A program made the translations under genes and the position numbers. The notes beneath the pieces were generated by a model. It saw only the letters and a program-made list of their open reading frames with translations, searched no databases and was not told where the DNA came from. This document shows positions 57,814-64,000 of a stretch of 64,000 nucleotides of DNA, piece by piece. Source of the stretch: an uncultured Klebsiella sp. (GTDB taxonomy: Bacteria > Pseudomonadota > Gammaproteobacteria > Pseudomonadales > Pseudohongiellaceae); the NCBI GenBank assembly GCA_964538025.1, contig CAZICZ010000011.1:41669-105668 (forward strand), given 5' to 3'. How positions within the stretch are numbered: position 1 is the stretch's first letter; the number at the start of each line of letters is the position of its first letter.

Positions 57814-58578
57814 TCAAGGATAGCCAAACACTCGGTTCATCATTCTGTATGTCGAGTCTTGGGAGTTCATTTGGTGTTGTAGTGCGCTGCCATTGCCTGT
57901 CGCCGTAAAGTCGGTAAACACACCCTGCATCTTGTCTGTGTTTTTGGTCGATCTGGCATTCTCTAAATCCTCATAAAACTCGCTTATCTGAGCGGTTTCT
58001 GCCTTACGATGATCTTGCTCAAAACCTGTATCGACACAGTCAAAAAATCTTTTCCTTATTCCATTTTCTTGTTCACAGGGTGCGCGCAGAAAGTGAGACG
58101 CGTTTTCCTCAATGATGTGACGGATCTCACCCGATGACGGAATCATGATGGATTTTCTTGAGCCACCAACTTGCGGCTTTTCTTCCTCAATTGCGTCTTC
58201 GACGTCATCGATAGGTTCGTTGCCAGTCGCTACCGAATCAATCTCGTTGTTGATAACGGCCGGTTCTGGCTCCTTCGCTGTTGAAATCTCGTTAGCGCTA
58301 GAATCGTCAGTGCTGGATTCCTGAAATCTCAAACCCTGCGGTAGCAATTTTAATTGAATAGAGGTAACAGGACTGCTTGAGTTGCTATCCACTCTGGTCG
58401 CGGGGGTATAGGAGAAAAGTAACCATAGCAGCATCAGGTGTGCGCCGACACTGACACCAACGGCGACAATGTTGATGTCGTGAGGATGCCTGTGCTTCGC
58501 TTGCGAACTTTCGTTGACACCGTCACCTGTGTCATCAAAGGTGTCATCAAGAGTGTCATCCCAAGAGGGGAAGGTCAT
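57814..58578 (-). CDS. orphan single-pass membrane protein with a TonB-like N-terminal anchor
   Basis: ATG 58578 is preceded by AGGAAG. The acidic N-terminus is followed by a TM helix IVAVGVSVGAHLMLLWLLFSY containing S-x3-H, then an acidic linker and an unrecognised C-terminal domain. Confidence 0.5.
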   Translation of the reverse strand: MTFPSWDDTLDDTFDDTGDGVNESSQAKHRHPHDINIVAVGVSVGAHLMLLWLLFSYTPATRVDSNSSSPVTSIQLKLLPQGLRFQESSTDDSSANEISTAKEPEPAVINNEIDSVATGNEPIDDVEDAIEEEKPQVGGSRKSIMIPSSGEIRHIIEENASHFLRAPCEQENGIRKRFFDCVDTGFEQDHRKAETAQISEFYEDLENARSTKNTDKMQGVFTDFTATGNGSALQHQMNSQDSTYRMMNRVFGYP

Positions 58579-58834
58579 GGCCTGCTTCCTGGCGCGCACA
58601 GTGGTGTATGCCTTAATCTCACACTAAAAATCCGTAAGCGTGAGACAACAGATATTGCAAATGTTTCCCCTAGAATATTTGCAGTCCCACATGATCATCC
58701 GTTTTATCGAAGGCGTGGTAGATGCAAACACAAAGTATTCAGCAAGCTTTTCTTCTGATTGGTCTGCGTCCTTGAAGGACATTCACGATGACATCTCCTT
58801 ACTATTAAACAACTTCGCAGTGACAGCGAATCAA

Positions 58835-58866
58835 TAAAAAAAATGCCCACAACCGTGGGCATTTTC
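58835..58866 (-). terminator. rho-independent terminator downstream of the cupin gene
   Basis: The stem ATGCCCAC / GTGGGCAT with loop AACC is followed by T8 on the minus strand. Confidence 0.78.
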
Positions 58867-58887
58867 ATCTCCAGCACTTTTCCTGCT

Positions 58888-59535
58888 TCACTCCGTCTTC
58901 ATCTTGAAATCCGGTCCCAAGGCGGGGTTGATGTAATTGTCTGACAGAACGCGGTCGGGGTCAGGGCGCACACTCATGTAGTCGACGTGGGCGGGAACCT
59001 CCAGCCAGCCGTGCGGGGTGCCAGCGGGCATGATGATCACATCGCCCTGGCTGACGTGCTTCACCACAAAGTCGCCCACAATGTTGCCGCTGCAGGAGGG
59101 GCCGTTGAGGATCATGGTGGCGTTGCTGTCGGGGGCGGAGGCGCTGCCGTTCAGAATCTCGCCGCCGGTGACGAGGGTGCCGGAGCCGGAGACGATGATA
59201 TAGGTTTCGGTCTGGTGAAAGTGCAGCACGCCGCGGGCGCCGCTGTGGCGCGTGGCGCTGGTGACGCCACAGGGACTTGCGGCGGGTTCGGTGCTGGTGG
59301 AGGCGCTTGGGGCCGTCACGGGGCCGCGGTGAATGATGCCGACCGAGAGGTTCAGTTTGCCGATATCGCGGCTGACAATCTGCCGATCCACACCGGGCAG
59401 TTCGTTCACCTTCTCCCATTGGTCCTTGAAGATATAGGTGGCATAGGTCTCGTCATTCTGGCTGTCCTGCGCAAGGGCGCCCGCAAGGGGCAGCAACAGG
59501 CTGATGGCAACAAGCGGTTTCAGGCGGTGTGTCAT
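58888..59535 (-). CDS. secreted cupin-domain protein
   Basis: I chose the start at ATG 59535 (MTHRLKPLVAISLLLPLAGALAQD signal peptide). Cupin-like beta-barrel motifs are present (GVLHFHQTETYIIVSGSG, GDVIIMPAGTPHGW). Confidence 0.72.
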   Translation of the reverse strand: MTHRLKPLVAISLLLPLAGALAQDSQNDETYATYIFKDQWEKVNELPGVDRQIVSRDIGKLNLSVGIIHRGPVTAPSASTSTEPAASPCGVTSATRHSGARGVLHFHQTETYIIVSGSGTLVTGGEILNGSASAPDSNATMILNGPSCSGNIVGDFVVKHVSQGDVIIMPAGTPHGWLEVPAHVDYMSVRPDPDRVLSDNYINPALGPDFKMKTE

Positions 59536-59793
59536 GGCGCTCTCCATTTAATTGTTGTTATCGAAAAACCCCGGGCGGCTAAGGCGAAAGGGGTGGCGCG
59601 TGCCGGCATTGGCAGCCGGCGGAATTTAGTCGTTGCGGGGACTGGTTGGGCAGGGCAAGAGTGCCACATTCTAGGGGGGCCGCAAAGAGGTGCTTCCCTG
59701 TGAAAAGGCAGGGCGTAGTGCGTGGAGGGAGCTATCGAAATTTGAACGATTTTCGTACAATCCGCCGATTCACCCACGGAAAGGCGCAACCCA

Positions 59794-60993
59794 GTGAACG
59801 CGGTCCAACCCCTTTTTTTCATCAATATCGTCATCGGTTTGACGCTGGCGCTGTGCGTGGCGTTCATCGCCTTTCGACGTGAGCGGGACCTGACGATCTG
59901 GGCATCCGCTTTTGCGCTGTACCCCATCGCCTTCTTCTTCTTTGGCTTTCGCAGTTATTTCCCCGAACCCTTTGTGGTGATCGTCGCAAACACCTGCCTG
60001 TCCCTGATGTTTGCCCTGTTCTCGGAAGGGCTGGTCCGGCTGTTTGGTCTGCGCCTGCACCGGCTGTGGATCTGGGGGCTGTTCCCGGTCGCTGTGGCCG
60101 GCTACGTCCTGCTTTATGATGATTTCGAAACCCGCAATACGCTCGGGGCATTCCTGACCTGTTACCACGCCGTCGTGGCGATCTTCATCGTGAGCAAGGG
60201 GCTATTGTCGACTCAGGGCCGTGGGCGCTGGATTATCTTTGTTGCGGTGCTCGGCTCCTCGCTGACCTTCCTGGTGCGCGGCGCGATGATGGCCCTGGGC
60301 ATCACGCCCTCGATGAATTACCTGCAGCCCGGCACAGCGCAGACGATCCTGTTTTCGCTCGCGGTGATGAGCCTGACGATGTTCACCATCGGAATTCTGG
60401 TCAAGTACAAGGAGCGGGCAGAGCGCGAGATGCTGCGCCTGGCGCTGCATGATCCCCTGACGCAGCTGGGCAATCGCCGCGTCCTGCACGAGCGCCTGCT
60501 GCATGCGTTCCGGGATTGCCGCGAGCAGGGGCATTTCAGTGCGTTCATGGTGCTCGATCTTGACGAGTTCAAGGAGCTGAACGATACCCATGGCCACGCG
60601 CTGGGCGATCAGTTGCTGGTGGAGGTGGCCTATCGCCTGAAGGACTGCGTGAACGACACCGACACGGTCATCCGACTGGGGGGCGACGAGTTCGTGCTCT
60701 TGCTGGTGGGGCTGGACACGGAGGAGGAAAAGGCGCGGCAGAAGGCGCAAAGCATCGCGAGCCGCGTGCGGGACAAACTGCGGGAGCCCTACACCCTGCA
60801 TCCTCTCAATGTGCCCGAAGGTGAGAGCCCACGCGTACACTACACGCTCTCCGTCAGCATCGGCGCAGACCTCTTCGACGGGCAGAGTAAGGACCGCGAG
60901 ACCCTCTTCAAGAATGCGGACGATGCCATGTACCAGGCCAAACAGTCCGGCCGCAATCGCGCCGTCTTTCACGGGGATGGCCTCGCCGCCTGA
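59794..60993 (+). CDS. membrane-bound diguanylate cyclase (GGDEF)
   Basis: GTG start. About six N-terminal TM helices precede a GGDEF domain (RLGGDEFVLLL). No RxxD I-site lies upstream of the GGDEF motif (NDTD instead). Confidence 0.9.
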   Translation: MNAVQPLFFINIVIGLTLALCVAFIAFRRERDLTIWASAFALYPIAFFFFGFRSYFPEPFVVIVANTCLSLMFALFSEGLVRLFGLRLHRLWIWGLFPVAVAGYVLLYDDFETRNTLGAFLTCYHAVVAIFIVSKGLLSTQGRGRWIIFVAVLGSSLTFLVRGAMMALGITPSMNYLQPGTAQTILFSLAVMSLTMFTIGILVKYKERAEREMLRLALHDPLTQLGNRRVLHERLLHAFRDCREQGHFSAFMVLDLDEFKELNDTHGHALGDQLLVEVAYRLKDCVNDTDTVIRLGGDEFVLLLVGLDTEEEKARQKAQSIASRVRDKLREPYTLHPLNVPEGESPRVHYTLSVSIGADLFDGQSKDRETLFKNADDAMYQAKQSGRNRAVFHGDGLAA

Positions 60994-61114
60994 GCCGTTT
61001 CCATTCCCCTGCCGAGGCACTTTCGGTGTGAGCCCGCGCACAGCGGGGCGCACAAGCGCGTGCTTACAATAGCGCCACCCGCAGCCATCGCGGGCGATGA
61101 TAAGGGAGAGTGAT

Positions 61115-61609
61115 ATGAAAATCTGGAGTTTGCTTTTTGCCGGCCTGTTGGCCGCGCCCGTCCATGCCGAACCGGTACTGTTCAAAGACAACAAGATGAT
61201 CCTCAGTGAAGCCATCGTGCTTGAGGGCAAACAGACCCGTTTCTACAAGGACATCCACATGGGGGTCAACGCGCAGGGAGACTTCCGCGTGATCAGTGCC
61301 GCTGAACTTCCGCTGGCCGCGGTGTCCCGCGCCGAGGTCGTCACGCTGGAGTCCTTCCCCGTGCAGATCCATCTGAAGGTGTCGGGCTACAAGCCCACGC
61401 CCTGTTACGAGCTGGAAGAGGCGGTTACGCGTGACGGCTCGACCTTCCATGTCGTGGTCGGTCTCAAGGCACTGCAGACGCTGGTCGCCTGCGTGCAGGT
61501 CATCGACCCGTTCACGGTGACGATTCCGCTGGACGTGAAGGACCTCGGCCCCGGGCGCTACGAGGTCATGGTGAACAATGACACCCAGGTGAGTTTTCAG
61601 CTCAACTGA
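61115..61609 (+). CDS. secreted hypothetical protein
   Basis: ATG 61115 is preceded by AAGGGAGAG. The signal peptide is MKIWSLLFAGLLAAPVHA. I recognise no family. Confidence 0.6.
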   Translation: MKIWSLLFAGLLAAPVHAEPVLFKDNKMILSEAIVLEGKQTRFYKDIHMGVNAQGDFRVISAAELPLAAVSRAEVVTLESFPVQIHLKVSGYKPTPCYELEEAVTRDGSTFHVVVGLKALQTLVACVQVIDPFTVTIPLDVKDLGPGRYEVMVNNDTQVSFQLN

Positions 61610-61633
61610 GTTAACCGAAGGAAGGGATCAACA

Positions 61634-61670
61634 GGAGTGGTGGCCTCTGTGGCACCACTCCTTTTTTTTT
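61634..61670 (+). terminator. rho-independent terminator
   Basis: A 9-bp stem GGAGTGGTG / CACCACTCC is followed by T9. It lies 25 nt after the stop of the 61115-61609 gene. Confidence 0.85.
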
Positions 61671-61685
61671 GGGGCGGCGTTTTCC

Positions 61686-62534
61686 TTAGGAGGAAACGGT
61701 CAGGATGCCGCCACACAAGCGACAGAAGGTGGCATCGCTCTGGTGGTCACCGGCATGGCAATGTGGGCAACTGCGGTCATTGCTGCGCGAAGGAGCGCCC
61801 TTGCCCTGCATCTCGTGCATCAGTTCCGCCCCGATGATGCCGGTGGGCACGGCGATGATGGCGTAGCCGCAGATCATGGCCAGTGCGGCGATCGTCTGGC
61901 CCAGCGGAGTATGGGGTGCGATGTCGCCATAGCCCACCGTGGTGATGGTGACGATGGCCCAGTAGATGCTCACGGGGATGTTGTGGAAGCCGTTTTCTGG
62001 CCCCTCAATGATGAACATGGTGGTGCCGAACACGATGATCAGGTTCAGCACGACAAACATGAACACAAGGATTTTGCGCCGGGAGTTCACCAGCGCGGTG
62101 AACAGCAGGTTAGCCTCGCCGATGTAGCGGAACAGTTTCAGGATACGGAACACGCGCAGCACCCGCAGGATGCGGATCACCACCAGGAAGTTGGCGGACG
62201 GGTAGAGGAAGGCGATGTAGGTCGGCAGGATCGAGAGCAGGTCGATGAGCCCGTAGAAGCTGAAGACGTAGCGTGCCGGGCGCGGCGAGCTGTAGATGCG
62301 CAGGCCATACTCCAGCGTAAACAGCAGCGTGAACAACCATTCAAGACGGTACAGAAAACGGTCCGTCGCTGCACTCTGCATCTCCACGGAGTCCACTATC
62401 ACGGCCAGCACGCTGGCAACGATGACGCAGATCAGGCCAATATCGAAGGCTTTTCCGGCGGGGGTGTCGTACTCGAAGATGACGCGGTGAATGCGCTCCC
62501 TCAGGGGGAGGGCAGGCGTGGGTGTGGCAGACAT
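61686..62534 (-). CDS. voltage-gated potassium channel (6TM Kv-type) with a C-terminal zinc-ribbon-like tail
   Basis: S4 voltage sensor RILRVLRVFRILKLFR, selectivity filter TTVGYGD and the C-terminal CPHCHAGDHQSDATFCRLCGG. Confidence 0.9.
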   Translation of the reverse strand: MSATPTPALPLRERIHRVIFEYDTPAGKAFDIGLICVIVASVLAVIVDSVEMQSAATDRFLYRLEWLFTLLFTLEYGLRIYSSPRPARYVFSFYGLIDLLSILPTYIAFLYPSANFLVVIRILRVLRVFRILKLFRYIGEANLLFTALVNSRRKILVFMFVVLNLIIVFGTTMFIIEGPENGFHNIPVSIYWAIVTITTVGYGDIAPHTPLGQTIAALAMICGYAIIAVPTGIIGAELMHEMQGKGAPSRSNDRSCPHCHAGDHQSDATFCRLCGGILTVSS

Positions 62535-62592
62535 TGGCGGGCTTCCGGCTGGCTACAATGGCGGACACTGTAGCCGAAGCCGTGGCATGACG

Positions 62593-64000
62593 CTACCGCG
62601 CCCCCTGGTCGCCCGCTTCCCAGCCCCCGCCGAGCGCCTGATACAGGGCCACGGTGGTATTGAGCTGGGAAAGCTTGTTGTCGAGGTAGCTGTTGCGGGT
62701 GGAAAACAGGGTGTTCTGGGAGCTGAGCACGGTCTGGAAATCGGCCACGCCTTCCTGATACCGCACCTGCGCAATGCGGAAGGATTCCTCGGCGGCGCTC
62801 AGGTTCTGCAGGGCGACTGCCACCAACTCGTTCTGGACGCGTCTGTTGTTCAGCAACACCTCGACCTCATTGAAGGCCGCCAGAACCGCCTTGCGGTAAT
62901 CCGCCAGACTGTTCTCGAGGCTCAGGCGGGCGCGTTCGACATTGCGCTGCCGCTGCCCGTTGTCCAGCAGGGTCTGCAGCACGTTGGCGTTCAGGTTGAG
63001 GAAATTATCGGGCGAGCTGAGCAGGGAGGTCAGCGAGGTGCTGCTGGCGCTCAGGTTGCCGGTCAGGGCAATGGCGGGGAACAGGGCGCTGCGCACCACA
63101 TCCACATTCGCGGTGGCGCTGCGCAGCGCGGCTTCGGCCTGCACGAGGTCGGGGCGGCGCAGCAACAGGGCAGAGGGCAGGCCGGGCTGAATCTCGGGCA
63201 CGGCGATATCCTGCAGAGTGTTCCCGTTGACGCTGAAGCTTTGCACGCCCTGGCCCGTCAGCAGGGCGAGTGAGGCAATGGCCGAGAGTTCGCTCTGCTT
63301 CAGGCTGCTCAGGCTTGCCATCTCGCGTTGCAGGGCGATCTGTTGTTGCAGGGCCTCAATCGGCACTGCGACGCCCGCCTCCACGCGCGCGTTGGCGATA
63401 TTGGCGATGGCCTGGGCGTTCTGCACGTTCTGCTCGGCGGCCGCAATCTTGTCGCGGATCAGCAGCAGCTGAAAATAGGTGGAGGCCGAGGTGCCGAAGG
63501 TGGTCAGGGTGAGGTCGGCAATCTGCGCCTCGCGCGAGGCATAGTCGGCCACCGCCTTGGTGTAGATAGCGGGACGTGCCAGCAGATTGCCGTAAGACGC
63601 GGAGGCTCCCAGAGCGATGGGCGTGGCCGGGCTGTTGCTGTTGCTCGCGCCGTCCACGCGCGATTCGCTGTAGGACGCGCCGGTGCCCAGTGTCACACTC
63701 CAGGTAGGCAGCAGTTCGAAACCGGCCTCGCGCAGGGTCAGCTGGGCAGACTCGAGGTTGCGGCGGTTGTTGGCAAGGTCGAGGTTCTGCTGGGCGATGG
63801 TGTCGATCAGTGCGCTCAGTTCGGGGGCGGCAAAATTCTCCCACCAGCGCTGCGTGGGAAACTCGGCGTTGCCGCTGTCATTGATAACGCTCCACTGCAT
63901 CGGCACGTCCTGTTCCGGCAGCGCGGGCGGTTCGCTCTTCAGCGCGCAGGCACTCAGCAACAGGCTGCCGCCCGCGGCGAGCGTCCATTGGAACGTGCGT
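62593..64000 (-). CDS. RND-efflux outer-membrane lipoprotein (NodT/OMF family), with its 5-prime end beyond the window
   Basis: The reading frame stays open to base 64000 (...RTFQWTLAAGGSLLLSAC, a lipobox). Two OEP-type repeats have the coiled-coil composition typical of the family. Confidence 0.9.
   Translation of the reverse strand, partial: RTFQWTLAAGGSLLLSACALKSEPPALPEQDVPMQWSVINDSGNAEFPTQRWWENFAAPELSALIDTIAQQNLDLANNRRNLESAQLTLREAGFELLPTWSVTLGTGASYSESRVDGASNSNSPATPIALGASASYGNLLARPAIYTKAVADYASREAQIADLTLTTFGTSASTYFQLLLIRDKIAAAEQNVQNAQAIANIANARVEAGVAVPIEALQQQIALQREMASLSSLKQSELSAIASLALLTGQGVQSFSVNGNTLQDIAVPEIQPGLPSALLLRRPDLVQAEAALRSATANVDVVRSALFPAIALTGNLSASSTSLTSLLSSPDNFLNLNANVLQTLLDNGQRQRNVERARLSLENSLADYRKAVLAAFNEVEVLLNNRRVQNELVAVALQNLSAAEESFRIAQVRYQEGVADFQTVLSSQNTLFSTRNSYLDNKLSQLNTTVALYQALGGGWEAGDQGAR

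Larger units (their letters stand above)
57646..58880. other. AT-richer islet immediately 3-prime of tRNA-Leu (probable horizontally acquired or decayed insertion)
   Basis: By eye the base composition is clearly less GC-rich than the flanks. It contains only orphan ORFs. It begins at the end of the tRNA cluster and ends at the cupin-gene terminator. Confidence 0.5.

Noticed and set aside
57765-57825. tRNA-like motifs just after the tRNA cluster: AGGTTCAAATCC (a T-loop-like motif) and GCGGGGTAGCAATAGCTCAAGGATAGCC (resembling a tRNA 5-prime half).
   Set aside because: I could not fold either into a cloverleaf. The T stem pairs at only 3 of 5 positions, and no matching acceptor strand or anticodon arm is present. 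At best these are decayed tRNA or att remnants, so I mention them only as possible support for the islet finding.
58640-58837. 65-aa plus-strand ORF in the AT-rich islet, ending just before the cupin terminator.
   Set aside because: It has no convincing RBS at either GTG 58640 or ATG 58661, no recognisable motif and a short length. I keep it only as a note within the islet finding.

Overview
This is a GC-rich chromosomal core segment with gammaproteobacterial gene order. The order includes truA-trpFBA-accD-folC-dedD-cvpA-purF and lolCDE-comEC-exbBD-msbA-lpxK-ycaR-kdsB-ptp-murB-gacA/uvrY-like-uvrC-pgsA-tRNA(Gly-Cys-Leu). I support about 60 CDS, 3 tRNAs, 4 rho-independent terminators, one clear LexA box and three sigma70-like promoters. 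I saw no rRNA, CRISPR array, IS element or prophage.

Most of the window is housekeeping: tryptophan, purine and pyrimidine synthesis, LPS/lipoprotein/murein biogenesis, topA, lexA, rne, etfBA and uvrC. The less ordinary parts are:
1. Two paralogous MoxR-DUF58 modules at 8.2-19.7 kb face each other. One carries a membrane transglutaminase. The other is a Bat-like VWA operon with a fused BatB-BatC, a polyacidic tail and yciH at its end.
2. A four-gene plus-strand cluster at 31.4-34.8 kb is uncharacterised. It is led by an orphan Wzz/BY-kinase-like protein that lacks the C-terminal Tyr cluster and may be interrupted upstream by an in-frame TAG. A translationally coupled acidic zinc-ribbon protein follows it.
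3. A serine-recombinase-like gene with a partly degenerate catalytic pocket is translationally coupled to lolC, behind a 0.9-kb non-coding region upstream of rne.
4. The GacA/UvrY-position response regulator has lost its phospho-acceptor Asp (His instead) and other receiver residues.
5. A small AT-richer islet lies next to tRNA-Leu and encodes an orphan membrane protein with a TonB-like SxxxH anchor.

All functional calls rest on motifs read from the supplied translations and on remembered family features. No database search was run.
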